Part shown: positions 47,551 through 57,627 of the stretch, piece by piece
Layout: each line of letters starts with the position of its first letter
Position numbering within the stretch: the stretch's first letter is position 1
Assembly: GCA_965197475.1 (NCBI GenBank)
Contig: CBDANF010000003.1
Coordinates: 1,952,001 to 2,016,000 of the forward strand
DNA length: 64,000 bases
Origin: Candidatus Poribacteria bacterium
GTDB taxonomy: Bacteria; Poribacteria; WGA-4E; WGA-3G
Reading direction: 5' to 3'
The notes under the pieces: generated by a model
The model's input: only the letters and a program-made list of their open reading frames with translations
What the model was told of the DNA's origin: nothing
The model's database searches: none
Made by a program: the position numbers and the translations under genes

Positions 47551-48213
47551 ATGAGTAATATACACAATTGGAATGAATGGATCGGAACAGATGAAGCGGG
47601 AAAAGGGGACTACTTCGGACCACTCGTCGTCGTCGGTGTTTATGTAAATGATGAATGTCGCAATGATTTTTTAGCAAAAGGGATTACTGATGGAAAAAAA
47701 GTATCAAATTCACGCATCCGAAAACTTGCGGATTGGATGTGGAAACACTACGAACAACATATCGTTGTTAAGCAAAAGATGCCAGAGGATTACAATTTGC
47801 TTTACAATACACTCAGAAATCGAGGGCAAAATCTGAATACGATGCTTGCCCACTTGCATGTTGAAGTCATTCAAACACTTGCAGATCGCACAGGGGCAAA
47901 CCATGCACTTGTTGATCAGTTTGCTATAAACGATATTATCATCCCAAAATTGATGCAAAGCGATATAAACGGAAAACTGGAAACCAAGGCAGAAAGAGAC
48001 ATAGCGGTCGCAGCTGCATCCATAATTGCACGCGATGCTTTCCTGACTGGTATAGAGACTTTATCCCGAAAATACGAGTTGCGATTGCCGAGGGGGGCTT
48101 ATCGGGTTGCAGAAGCAGGAAAAGAATTTATCAAATTGCACGGTGCTAACGCATTAGGGAATGTAGCAAAACTACATTTCCGCACAACAGAGACTGTCCT
48201 CGCCCCAAATTAA
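47551..48213 (+). CDS. rnhC: Ribonuclease HIII-like protein (catalytic domain only)
   Basis: IGTDEAGKGDYFGPLVV, YN.LY....NLN.MLA..H, VDQF, VAAASIIAR, LPRGA, AKLHF.T. Confidence 0.8.
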   Translation: MSNIHNWNEWIGTDEAGKGDYFGPLVVVGVYVNDECRNDFLAKGITDGKKVSNSRIRKLADWMWKHYEQHIVVKQKMPEDYNLLYNTLRNRGQNLNTMLAHLHVEVIQTLADRTGANHALVDQFAINDIIIPKLMQSDINGKLETKAERDIAVAAASIIARDAFLTGIETLSRKYELRLPRGAYRVAEAGKEFIKLHGANALGNVAKLHFRTTETVLAPN

Positions 48214-48285
48214 TCGAACCAATACACGGTTGCCAACGTCTATTCCTACAATCGGTTTTCATCTAAGCGTAAAGGACTCATAGCA

Positions 48286-49479
48286 ATGTATCAGACCGAA
48301 AAGTTACTTATCATTCATTATGCCGAAGTTGCACTCAAAGGGAAAAATAGAGTATTTTTTGAAAAGAAACTTACACGAAACATTAAACTTTCCTTGCGTG
48401 GCACAGGTTATGCAGAAGTAAAAAGACTTCATGATAGAATTGTTGTACATCTGAAGCAAGATACAAATATTGCCGAAATTGAGAAACGTCTGCATCAAGT
48501 AATGGGTATCGCACATTTTGAGGTCGTTTACCGCACTAAAAAAGACATTGATGCTATAAAGGCGACTGCACTGAAACTGATTGAAGGAAAACCTTTTGAG
48601 ACACTTAAAGTTGAAACAAAACGATCAGACAAAACCTTTCCGTTAACTTCGCCTGAGATTAGCGGCGAGGTAGGGGGATATTTGATCCAAAAGACCGGCG
48701 CGCGCGCAGAAATGCGCAACCCTGATCTGCGGTTATGGATACAGATATCGCACAACGACACATACATCTATACAAATAAACTTCAAGGAATAGGTGGACT
48801 ACCGGTTGGTGTTAGCGGTAAAGTGCTTGTCATGCTCTCTGGCGGGATTGATTCCCCTGTTGCCGCGTGGCAAATGATCAAGCGCGGTGCGAAAGCCGTT
48901 TTTATTCACTTCTACAGTTATCCTTATACCGACAAAGCGTCTTTAGAAAAGGTGATGGAATTAACCAGCATTTTGGCAGAATCAAACTATCGCAGCATGG
49001 TTTATCTGGTGCCATTTGCTGAACTCCAACAAACTATCGTTACAGAAACTCCCGCACCGTTTCGGGTTTTGCTGTATCGGCGGATGATGACACGTATCGC
49101 GCAACGTGTTGCGACCCTTGTTGATGCAGAGGCAATCGTGACAGGTGAAAGTCTTGCGCAGGTTGCATCACAAACGCTTACGAACCTTCGAGCAATTGAA
49201 GCGATTGCTGAAATGCCGATTCTCCGCCCCCTTATCGGTTATGATAAGGTTGAAATTATCGCAAAAGCTGAACAGATAGGCACTTTTGAAGTGTCTACAC
49301 TTCCACATCAGGACTGTTGCTCTCTCTTTGTACCGAAGCACCCTGCAACGCGCGCATCACTTGAAGATTTAGACAGAGCAGAAAAAGGTTTAGATATTTC
49401 AGCACTTGTTGAAGCAGCGATGAATGGGATTGAAAAACAGGTTATCACTTTTTCTTATGAAAATAGTGTCTTATTGTGA
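48286..49479 (+). CDS. thiI: tRNA 4-thiouridine synthase ThiI
   Basis: YAEVALKGKNR, THUMP domain, GGLPVG, LSGGIDSPVA, TGESLAQVASQT, DCC; no rhodanese domain. Confidence 0.96.
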   Translation: MYQTEKLLIIHYAEVALKGKNRVFFEKKLTRNIKLSLRGTGYAEVKRLHDRIVVHLKQDTNIAEIEKRLHQVMGIAHFEVVYRTKKDIDAIKATALKLIEGKPFETLKVETKRSDKTFPLTSPEISGEVGGYLIQKTGARAEMRNPDLRLWIQISHNDTYIYTNKLQGIGGLPVGVSGKVLVMLSGGIDSPVAAWQMIKRGAKAVFIHFYSYPYTDKASLEKVMELTSILAESNYRSMVYLVPFAELQQTIVTETPAPFRVLLYRRMMTRIAQRVATLVDAEAIVTGESLAQVASQTLTNLRAIEAIAEMPILRPLIGYDKVEIIAKAEQIGTFEVSTLPHQDCCSLFVPKHPATRASLEDLDRAEKGLDISALVEAAMNGIEKQVITFSYENSVLL

Positions 49480-49566
49480 AATCCGAAAATATGTGAATAC
49501 CTTCTTGGTAGGCACGCTTTGTAAGCGCGCTATCAGTGGTCTCTTGATAATTATAAGTTTTACTAT
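49472..49566. mobile_element. TATAGTAAA-family MITE with a GTAG REP, supplying the thiI stop codon
   Basis: TATTGTGAAATCCGAAAAT ... TAAGTTTTACTATA; internal GTAGGCACGCTTTGTAAGCGCGC; similar to 52182-52274. Confidence 0.75.
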
Positions 49567-49573
49567 AAAAGAA

Positions 49574-50569
49574 ATGGAAAAGATTTTACTCATTCGCCTC
49601 AGTTCACTCGGAGATATTGTATTGACAACCCCTGCAATCCGAGCTGTCCGCGCCCATTTTCCCGATGCTTATATAGCGATGTTAGTCGCGAAACAATCGG
49701 CGGATGTACTGCGGCAAAACCCACACCTTAATGAGATTATTCAATTCAATCGGTCAGCTAAAGACAAAGATACAGGAGAAATGCTGCGGATTATCCGTAT
49801 CTTACGCCAACGGAAATTCGCACTAACGTTTGACTTTCAACGTAAGTTTCGCACTGAGCTCCTAATGTACCTCAGCGGCGCATCCGAACGTGTTGGTAAA
49901 GGTAGGCTTTGTACTATCCGTGTTCCTGAACAGAGCAACAAACATGCAACTGAACGCTATTTCGAGCTTTTACATGCTGCCGGAATTTCTGCTGAAAACC
50001 GTCAATTGGAGATATTTCTTTCTAAAACTGAACGGGCAGATGCCTGTTACGCTTTTGAAGAAGCGGGTATAAGTGAAATACAGTTAAAAATAGGTCTATT
50101 TCCAGGCGCAGGCTGGAAATTGCGGGAATGGATGCCGGAACGTTTCGCTGCTATCGGAGATAAGCTTGTTCAACACTTCAACGCGCAGGTCATCATTTTT
50201 GGAGGACCAAAAGAGGTTGAGCTTGTACATACAGTTAGCAGCCTGATGAATGAACCTGCAATTCCGTTTGCTGGCACATTTCAGGTGCGCCAATTAGCAG
50301 CATGCATTGAAAAGTGTGCCCTTTTTCTAACAAATGACACCGGGCCGATGCACATTGCATCTGCAGTGGGCACACCCACCGTGGCACTGTTCGGTCCCGG
50401 CAACCACATCCGATTTCAACCTCTCGGTGATTTACATACAATCATACGCCACGATGTCCCGTGCAGTCCGTGTAAACAGTTTACGGATAAGTGTAAAGAT
50501 AATATCTGTATGAAACAGATCACAGTTGATGAAGTATGGGATTCTATCTGTAAAAAGATTAACAAGTAA
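49574..50569 (+). CDS. GT9 LPS heptosyltransferase (WaaF-like)
   Basis: KILLIRLSSLGDIVLTTP, TNDTGPMHIA.AVG.PTVALFGP, CSPC....C....CM. Confidence 0.92.
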   Translation: MEKILLIRLSSLGDIVLTTPAIRAVRAHFPDAYIAMLVAKQSADVLRQNPHLNEIIQFNRSAKDKDTGEMLRIIRILRQRKFALTFDFQRKFRTELLMYLSGASERVGKGRLCTIRVPEQSNKHATERYFELLHAAGISAENRQLEIFLSKTERADACYAFEEAGISEIQLKIGLFPGAGWKLREWMPERFAAIGDKLVQHFNAQVIIFGGPKEVELVHTVSSLMNEPAIPFAGTFQVRQLAACIEKCALFLTNDTGPMHIASAVGTPTVALFGPGNHIRFQPLGDLHTIIRHDVPCSPCKQFTDKCKDNICMKQITVDEVWDSICKKINK

Positions 50570-50638
50570 TTTGATACTGTTTTACGTCAGTTGGATATAA
50601 GAATAGGGATATTTATAGTAAAATTTGTAATTATCACA

Positions 50639-52120
50639 CTACGGAACACGGTGAATATAGATATCATAATTCATGCTGCGGGCATCACTCCATACCACAA
50701 TTGCACTTCCAACACCCGATGAAACTGCTCTCGGTGTGATCTGTTCTTTTTCTGCAGCACAGACCGGCACACCGTTCTCCTCCCAAAGTGGAACACCGTC
50801 AGCATCAATCCGCTGGGCGTAAATGGCATCCTCAGTTGTATTTCCAAAATCTTCCCGATAGTCAAGCCAATAGGCTATTGCACCGCCAGCACCATCAGAA
50901 ACAAGCATAGGGACTTGCTGAAACCCACCCGCAGTGCAGACTGGCATACCTTTTGCATTCCATAGCACTTTACCATCTGTGTTGACACGTTGAGCATAGA
51001 TGTCAGGGAAGATGTCTCGCTCGTCCCACCATATAACGATGAACCCACCTTTGCCATCGCTGATGCAGTATGGTTGTTGTTGATTGACGGGGAGTTCACA
51101 AATCGGAATGCCGTCCTTTTGCCATAAGGTTGTGCCGTCTGCGGTCAGATGCTGTGCATAAAGTTGGGCACTTGTGGGAAAATTTGGGTCGTTTCGATAG
51201 TCCGGCCAAACACAGAATGCCCCACCATTTCCATCAGTGACGATAGTAGGTGCACCTTGGTTACCGGGTGCCGCACATATAGGGATAGGTGAATCCCACA
51301 CTGTGTTTCCCTTACTATTAATCCGTTGGGCAAAGATGTTCCAGTCAGGTGTACTGATATCCCACCATACGAGGATCACACCGCCTTTACCATCACTTAT
51401 TATGGCGGGATCGTATTGGTCGCCTTCCCCGCTAAACACCGCAATTCCGTTCTGTTTCCAAATAGGTTTTCCTCCAGCGGATATCTTCTGGGCATAAATA
51501 TCTTGGTTGCCAGCTCGCCAATCCTCCCAAACAACAATCACACCCCCGTTTCCGTCTGCGATAGCTGTAAAATCGTCTTGTAAAGTCTTATCCTTACAAA
51601 CTTCAACGCCATCAGGATTCCACAGTTTTTCACCGTTAGCGTTAATGCGTTGCGCGTAGCTGTCCTGAGACTGAGAGTCGTGCCGCGTATCCCCCCAAAC
51701 GATAATTGCACCACCTATAAGGTCAGAAACAATAACAGGCGCGCTTTGCGCAGCTGCGTGATCGCAAACAGAGATGCCATCAGATTCCCATACTATATCT
51801 CCGTTGCTGCTAACACGCTGCGCAAAAATGTCGTAGTTGCCGTTTCGGGCATCGCGCCAAGCGACGATAACACCATCCTCTCCATCGGTTGTTAACACAG
51901 GGAAATGTTGCGTATTATCGGCTGTACATACTGGCAGATTTTCCATTGGTTTCCATTCTGTTTGGGCAGTGGAAAGACTAATGGTGAGAAGCAGAAAGAT
52001 TAATAGGTAGGAGCGTGTAAATCCGCGCAGGGAAGTATGCAGCGGTAACTCTGAGAAAAAGCTTTTTAAAATGTGTCGTGATATAGGGTTCCGCAGCATG
52101 AACATCATGATTCTACTCAA
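50639..52120 (-). CDS. Secreted eight-repeat (about 54 aa) putative beta-propeller protein
   Basis: Eight copies of VC....Q..P...SDG.GG.I..W.D.R....DIYAQR....G...W; hydrophobic signal LLIFLLLTISLSTA; exact start uncertain. Confidence 0.85.
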   Translation of the reverse strand: MSRIMMFMLRNPISRHILKSFFSELPLHTSLRGFTRSYLLIFLLLTISLSTAQTEWKPMENLPVCTADNTQHFPVLTTDGEDGVIVAWRDARNGNYDIFAQRVSSNGDIVWESDGISVCDHAAAQSAPVIVSDLIGGAIIVWGDTRHDSQSQDSYAQRINANGEKLWNPDGVEVCKDKTLQDDFTAIADGNGGVIVVWEDWRAGNQDIYAQKISAGGKPIWKQNGIAVFSGEGDQYDPAIISDGKGGVILVWWDISTPDWNIFAQRINSKGNTVWDSPIPICAAPGNQGAPTIVTDGNGGAFCVWPDYRNDPNFPTSAQLYAQHLTADGTTLWQKDGIPICELPVNQQQPYCISDGKGGFIVIWWDERDIFPDIYAQRVNTDGKVLWNAKGMPVCTAGGFQQVPMLVSDGAGGAIAYWLDYREDFGNTTEDAIYAQRIDADGVPLWEENGVPVCAAEKEQITPRAVSSGVGSAIVVWSDARSMNYDIYIHRVP

Positions 52121-52181
52121 TAGGCACTATTTTCTTAGTGGTTCACAGCGGGAAGTTGGAAACCGTAGAAAGAACATAATT

Positions 52182-52274
52182 TATAGTAAACCCAATAATA
52201 TGTTGACATCTCCATGTAGGCGCGCTTTGTAAGCGCGCTGTCAAAAGTGTTCACGTAATTATAAGTTTACTATA
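52182..52274. mobile_element. TATAGTAAA-family MITE with a GTAG REP
   Basis: TATAGTAAAC / GTTTACTATA ends; internal GTAGGCGCGCTTTGTAAGCGCGC. Confidence 0.8.
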
Positions 52275-52327
52275 AGAGACAGTCTCTTGTGCCGAAAGCC
52301 GATAGCCGTATGCTGAAAGCCCAGCGA

Positions 52328-53905
52328 TTACATCAGCAATTCTTCCCCTATTGGGAAAAATTGGTCTGCCATCGCTTGTAAATCCATTGACGTGTTGTGT
52401 TCAAATGCGACTACCTCTATCCGTTTATGTTGATGTTTTATGAGTTCAGCCAACGGACAAAAATCCCCGTCACCGCTTGCTAAGATAACAACATCTAACG
52501 TTCCGAGCATAGACACCACGTCTACGGCGATTCCAACATCCCAATCCCCTTTTGCTGAACCGTCGCCTCGTAAACGTAAATCTTTGCTACGAATTGTGTA
52601 ACCGTTATGCTCTAATAGAGAGATAAAATTAGACTGTTTAATTTCTGGAATCTGAACGATATAGGCATACGCGGACATGAGTTGTCGTGGACCAACGATC
52701 AAGTCAAGGAGTTTGATGTAATCTACTCGGCGTTCAAACCGATCTTTTGCAGCGTAGAACATATTTTGGACATCAACGAAGACACCGACACGCGGTTGTG
52801 TTGTCACTTGATCAATGTATTCTGATATATCCAAACGAGGTCCGTCTAAATGGTTGACTGTCTGTCGAATTTGATTTAGAGCACTTCGGGAGATTTCAGA
52901 CGATTTTTCTATAACATTGAAATGGTTTAGTAGGTTGGTTTTAAGTTGTTCTAAAGCTTGATATTCCTTGTAAATGGCTTCTTCAACTAACGTGAGTTCA
53001 ACCGTGAAGGTCTCCTTCGCTATTTTGATTTGTGAAAGTTCGCTGAGTTGATCAGTAATTTCCTTGTTTGCTGCTAACAACTGCTGGTATTCGCCTTCTA
53101 ATTTCATGAGGGAGGCATTGGCTTCCGCATATTGCGTCGCTTTTTCGTGGAGACTTTCATTTTCCTGTTGTAGAAAAACTATCTGTTTCTCGCTTTCCTG
53201 ATAGACACCTTCTTTTGCTTTCAATGCCTCATTTTCTTTAATTAGGAATTGGCAGTGTTGTTCCAATCGTTCATTCTTTTTCTCAAGTGTTGTGTACTGC
53301 GCTTTTAAATTAACTAAACTCTGTTCAAGATGCTCAACTTTATTCACTTGATCGTTAATTTGATCGTGGTCACCTTCTATATCGTTGACATATTTTACAT
53401 GAGTTGCTTCAATTTCAGAGGATGATTCCTGCGGGGAAGAATTTTCAGATTTGATATTCAACTGCGCAATTTCCACTTGAGGCGGTTTATAGGTTTCATA
53501 CGCGGTAGTTAAGAGATGATGTCCGTGAGCATTTACGGCCTCACGCGGATCTGCTAAGAGTGCCCATACGACTTCGCCAAATTCGCCAGATTCAATTAGG
53601 GAACCTGGCGATTTAAAAAATGTATGGATTTCATCAACAACCATGTATCCCACTCGTGAAATTGCCCGTTCCGCTTTTTGTGAGAGATGTTGCGTAACCC
53701 TTTCATCTATGTGAGATTGCCTGAAAAAAGCGTTTGTTAACCCGTTTAACAGCTCCTGTTTTGAAGACGAGTATAATTTGTCTGGGTCCATGACAAGGTT
53801 TGTGTGCGTCAGTAGTTGGAAAATCTCTCTCTCGTTTAAAAGTATTGTAAGAAACCATGTGAGTTGATCACGGTGTATCTTTAATTTTAGATTAGGTTTT
53901 GTCAT
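52328..53905 (-). CDS. Coiled-coil protein with a C-terminal NYN (LabA/DUF88, PIN-like) domain
   Basis: VFVDVQNMFY, KGDWDVGIAVD, LASGDGDF, TSMDL...ADQF; long heptad region upstream. Confidence 0.9.
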   Translation of the reverse strand: MTKPNLKLKIHRDQLTWFLTILLNEREIFQLLTHTNLVMDPDKLYSSSKQELLNGLTNAFFRQSHIDERVTQHLSQKAERAISRVGYMVVDEIHTFFKSPGSLIESGEFGEVVWALLADPREAVNAHGHHLLTTAYETYKPPQVEIAQLNIKSENSSPQESSSEIEATHVKYVNDIEGDHDQINDQVNKVEHLEQSLVNLKAQYTTLEKKNERLEQHCQFLIKENEALKAKEGVYQESEKQIVFLQQENESLHEKATQYAEANASLMKLEGEYQQLLAANKEITDQLSELSQIKIAKETFTVELTLVEEAIYKEYQALEQLKTNLLNHFNVIEKSSEISRSALNQIRQTVNHLDGPRLDISEYIDQVTTQPRVGVFVDVQNMFYAAKDRFERRVDYIKLLDLIVGPRQLMSAYAYIVQIPEIKQSNFISLLEHNGYTIRSKDLRLRGDGSAKGDWDVGIAVDVVSMLGTLDVVILASGDGDFCPLAELIKHQHKRIEVVAFEHNTSMDLQAMADQFFPIGEELLM

Positions 53906-54088
53906 GAGAGCCTCCGAAGATATTTAGTTCACACGAGTATATAAAACACGGAATCTTGTTTCCGTTTGTGAATTATATTTTGGAAAACTTTATATATTAA
54001 ATCAAAGGGTAATTCCAATACCTCCTAATATGGATTATAATTAACAGATTGCGCCGACATGTATTATCGGGGCGGGTAAGCAAGGAAG

Positions 54089-55459
54089 TCAAATTTTAAT
54101 TATTTTGTTGGATCCGTCAAGGATGGTGCGGGTTGCATTGCGTGTGTCAACAACGACAGCAGCATGTTTAACGATCAAATTGTAGTCAATATTGCTGTGG
54201 TCAGTAAGAATTAAAACACAATCAACACGCTCTATTATAGTGGATGTTAGCGTTTGTGAGTAGTAGGCTTCCCCCTTCCTAAGAGCAATTTGTGAAACGT
54301 ACGGGTCATGATATAAAATTTGTGCACCTTTGTCAAGCATTAATCTGATTATTTCAAGTGCAGGGGATTCCCGGGTGTCTCCAATGTCTTTTTTGTAGGC
54401 GACACCTAAAATTAGTACGTTTGAACCGTTGAGGGGTTTCCGCTGTATATTTAGCGCGTGAATAACTTTGTCAAGTACATATTTGGGCATGCTGCTGTTA
54501 ATTTCACTGGCGAGTTCAATAAATCGCGCATGGTATTCGTAAGTACGCGCTTTCCAAGAGAGATAATGTGGATCAATCGGAATGCAATGTCCTCCAAGAC
54601 CAGGACCCGGATAGAAAGGCATAAATCCAAAGGGTTTGGTTGCCGCAGCATCAACAATTTCCCAAATATCTAAGTCCATCCGATCACAGATAAGCGCAAC
54701 TTCATTGATTAACCCTATATTGACACTCCGAAATGTATTCTCTAATAATTTTACCATTTCCGCTATTCGGGGAGAGGAAACGGTGTGCGTCTTATTGATA
54801 AATTGTTCGTAAAAGATTTTGGCGACTTGGGTGCATTTTGACGTAACACCGCCAACTATTTTCGGGGTGTTCGTCATAAAATAGGTACTATTGCCAGGTT
54901 CAATTCGTTCGGGTGAAAAAGCGAGATAGAAATCACGACCAACTTCTAATGATTCAGTGGAGCCGGAATTTAAACTCGGTGGGTTAGCGTTGTAATCATC
55001 CTCAGAAAGAGTTTCGCTGAAATTGGATTGGAGCATTGGTAGCACGATTTCTTCGGTTGTACCGGGATAGGTAGTACTTTCGAGAATTATCAATTGTTCG
55101 GTATGCAAATGTTGTGCAATTTGCTGAACTGCTGCGATGATGAACTGCATATCTGGCGTTCTGTTTTCACTCAAAGGAGTTGGAACGCAGATGTTGACAG
55201 TATCCAATTCACTAAGAATACTATAATCCTCTGTGACCTGAATTTGTCCCGACTTAATTAGGGGACCGAGAACAGCATCAGGAACATCTGGCACATCAGA
55301 GATGCCGCGTTTCAAGCGATCAATTTTTTCTGGGCAAATATCAATCCCAGTAACTCTGAATCCAGCGTTTGCAATAGCAACCATAAGTGGTAATCCGACA
55401 TACCCAAGACCGATAACGCCAGCATGTGCTGTACAGGATTCTATCTTTTTTAATATCAT
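54089..55459 (-). CDS. Nucleotide-sugar (UDP-GlcNAc/ManNAc-type) dehydrogenase
   Basis: GLGYVGLP, ICVPTP, ESTTYPGTT, FSPERIEPG, KLLENTFR.VNI, GPGLGGHCIPIDP, YKKDIGDTRESP. Confidence 0.95.
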   Translation of the reverse strand: MILKKIESCTAHAGVIGLGYVGLPLMVAIANAGFRVTGIDICPEKIDRLKRGISDVPDVPDAVLGPLIKSGQIQVTEDYSILSELDTVNICVPTPLSENRTPDMQFIIAAVQQIAQHLHTEQLIILESTTYPGTTEEIVLPMLQSNFSETLSEDDYNANPPSLNSGSTESLEVGRDFYLAFSPERIEPGNSTYFMTNTPKIVGGVTSKCTQVAKIFYEQFINKTHTVSSPRIAEMVKLLENTFRSVNIGLINEVALICDRMDLDIWEIVDAAATKPFGFMPFYPGPGLGGHCIPIDPHYLSWKARTYEYHARFIELASEINSSMPKYVLDKVIHALNIQRKPLNGSNVLILGVAYKKDIGDTRESPALEIIRLMLDKGAQILYHDPYVSQIALRKGEAYYSQTLTSTIIERVDCVLILTDHSNIDYNLIVKHAAVVVDTRNATRTILDGSNKIIKI

Positions 55460-55501
55460 AATCTCAAATTTTATTTTAAACGTATAACAACGCGAAATTA
55501 A

Positions 55502-56062
55502 CTAATGAGTTATCCAACGCATGGCAGTAAAGAGGTTTGTAAAGATTTTGTCTGGTTTATATGTTTTCGTTGTTGAGTCGGAACTGATATAGCGGTTATA
55601 GGAATCTTGACCGTGTCCTGTTAAAACAAGTATCGGTGATGCACCGGCACTTTGGGCAGCTTGAATATCTGTGATTGAATCTCCAATGAAAAATGTTTGT
55701 GACACATCAAAATTGTGTTCGCGTGCGGCTCGTAGTAACATTCCAGGTTGTGGTTTTCGACATTCACAACCATCATCAGGATGGTGTGGACAGTAGTAAA
55801 TTTTATCAATATGTCCACCCGCATCTTGAATTTCATTTAGCATCTTATGATGGATTTCTGTTAGTTGTTGTTCAGTGAAAATGCCTCTACCAATTCCTGC
55901 TTGATTGGTTGCTACAAAAATACGATACCCGTTTTGAGTCAGGTCTCGAATCGCTTCCAAGGCATTAGGGAGAAAGGTAAAATCTATCCAGTTGCAGACG
56001 TAGCCTCTGTCAGGTGGATTTCTGTTTATAACGCCATCCCGGTCAAGTATGACGGTTTTCAT
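55502..56062 (-). CDS. gmhB: D-glycero-D-manno-heptose 1,7-bisphosphate phosphatase
   Basis: LDRDGVIN, TNQAGI, CPHHPDDGCECRKP.PGML, IGDSITD. Confidence 0.95.
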   Translation of the reverse strand: MKTVILDRDGVINRNPPDRGYVCNWIDFTFLPNALEAIRDLTQNGYRIFVATNQAGIGRGIFTEQQLTEIHHKMLNEIQDAGGHIDKIYYCPHHPDDGCECRKPQPGMLLRAAREHNFDVSQTFFIGDSITDIQAAQSAGASPILVLTGHGQDSYNRYISSDSTTKTYKPDKIFTNLFTAMRWITH

Positions 56063-56129
56063 ACCGTTTCTCCGATGCGAGTATCCGGTTAGATTTAGAA
56101 ATCAGAGAGATTGACACTATAAGTTACGT

Positions 56130-57179
56130 TTACGGCAATGCCTCAATAGCCTGATGTAGTTCTTCTGGTGCGACAGTTGCACACCCCATTTTCCCGACCA
56201 CAATGCCGCCAGCGAGGCTTGACAGGTGGGCAGCACGGTGGTAATCAGCTTGTGCCGCAAGCGCAAGCGTGAAAACGGCAGCTACGGTATCTCCCGCACC
56301 AGTTACATCCGTCACTTCCTTTGAGTAAGATGGTAGGTGCTCTACTTGTAGGATACCTTCGGAATCGCGCTGAAATAGAGACATTCCTTCAGCCTCGCGC
56401 GTGATTAACAACGACCTAAGCGATAATTGATCTAATATCTTTTCACCAACTGAAATTAGGTGTGATATATCAGTAATTTCTTCCTGTACAGCCGCGCCAG
56501 CTTCTTTATGATTTGGGGTAAGTGCGGTTACGCCCTCATAATGCCAAAAATTATTGCGCTTTGGATCAACGATAATCGGTATACCATAGGGTTCAGCATG
56601 CGTCGCGACGGCTTTTATCAATTCAGCACTAACAACACCCTTGTCGTAGTCCGAGAAAATGACAGCATCGCTCTCTGCTATCTGAGAGATGACAGCACCC
56701 ATTAGATGTTCCCTTATCATTGCACTGATTTCCTGTTTAGACTCCCTATCAATCCGAAGGAGATGATGTCCTTGCTGTGGAAATAGGTGTTCAGGATTGT
56801 TGATGCTTGGCTGTAACGAATCTGTCGTAGCAGCACTCACGATCACTCGTGTTTTTTTGCTCGTTGGACGTTGTACATCCATACAAATATCAGCAGTGCC
56901 GATACCCATCGGATTTAGCATTTGTACCAATTTTTCGCCATCCCTATCTTTCCCAATAACACCGACTAATTCTGCATTACCTCCCAAACTGGCAATATTT
57001 TGAGCGACGTTCGCAGCTCCCCCACAACCGGTTCTTTCAGTTGTCATTTCAAACACTGGAACCGGAGCCTCAGGCGAAATTCGGTTCACATCACCCCAGA
57101 TGTATTCATCCACGATGATATCTCCGATTATCATCACCTTCTTACTTTGAAATTGTGCAAAAATAGTTTTTAAGTTCAC
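56130..57179 (-). CDS. rfaE1: D-glycero-D-manno-heptose-7-phosphate kinase (RfaE domain I)
   Basis: GD.IVDEYIWG...RISPEAPVPV, GGAANVA, SDYDKG, VDPK, TPN..EA, DVTGAGDTV. Confidence 0.93.
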   Translation of the reverse strand: MNLKTIFAQFQSKKVMIIGDIIVDEYIWGDVNRISPEAPVPVFEMTTERTGCGGAANVAQNIASLGGNAELVGVIGKDRDGEKLVQMLNPMGIGTADICMDVQRPTSKKTRVIVSAATTDSLQPSINNPEHLFPQQGHHLLRIDRESKQEISAMIREHLMGAVISQIAESDAVIFSDYDKGVVSAELIKAVATHAEPYGIPIIVDPKRNNFWHYEGVTALTPNHKEAGAAVQEEITDISHLISVGEKILDQLSLRSLLITREAEGMSLFQRDSEGILQVEHLPSYSKEVTDVTGAGDTVAAVFTLALAAQADYHRAAHLSSLAGGIVVGKMGCATVAPEELHQAIEALP

Positions 57180-57627
57180 AGGATTATATTATCATAACTC
57201 CGTAGGTTAAAGCAACAAACATTCTTACCTGCATATTTGTTTAAGATTTTCTGGTTTAATTGAAGAAAATTAAAATAATTTACAACAAAAAGATGAACAA
57301 AGGTGACGAAATGTAAATACTTCATAAGAAAAGGCTCTATAGACGCATTTCAGTAAGAACTGAGAATGAATTGGAATGTAAATCAAAGGTAGAACGCCGT
57401 AGTCATTCTACTATTTCACTTGTATTTTTGCCATATTCCTGCTAAAATACTTTAGGAATCATTTCGAAAAAATGTAAACCTATCACACTGACAGGACGGG
57501 CAGGCATGAAGGTTTGCAAGAGAAATTCAAGATTTAATGAAGAATATATGTCTGAAAAACACCAAACGATAAGTTTATATCTAAGGTGGACTCCAAAAAA
57601 GCAATTGAAAAGGTTAAATTAGAATAG

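Noticed and set aside
52291-52322. Heptamer repeats GCCGAAA/GCCGATA/GCTGAAA (similar short runs near 17955 and 56090)
   Set aside because: Short, degenerate intergenic repeats; too little signal to assign a function.
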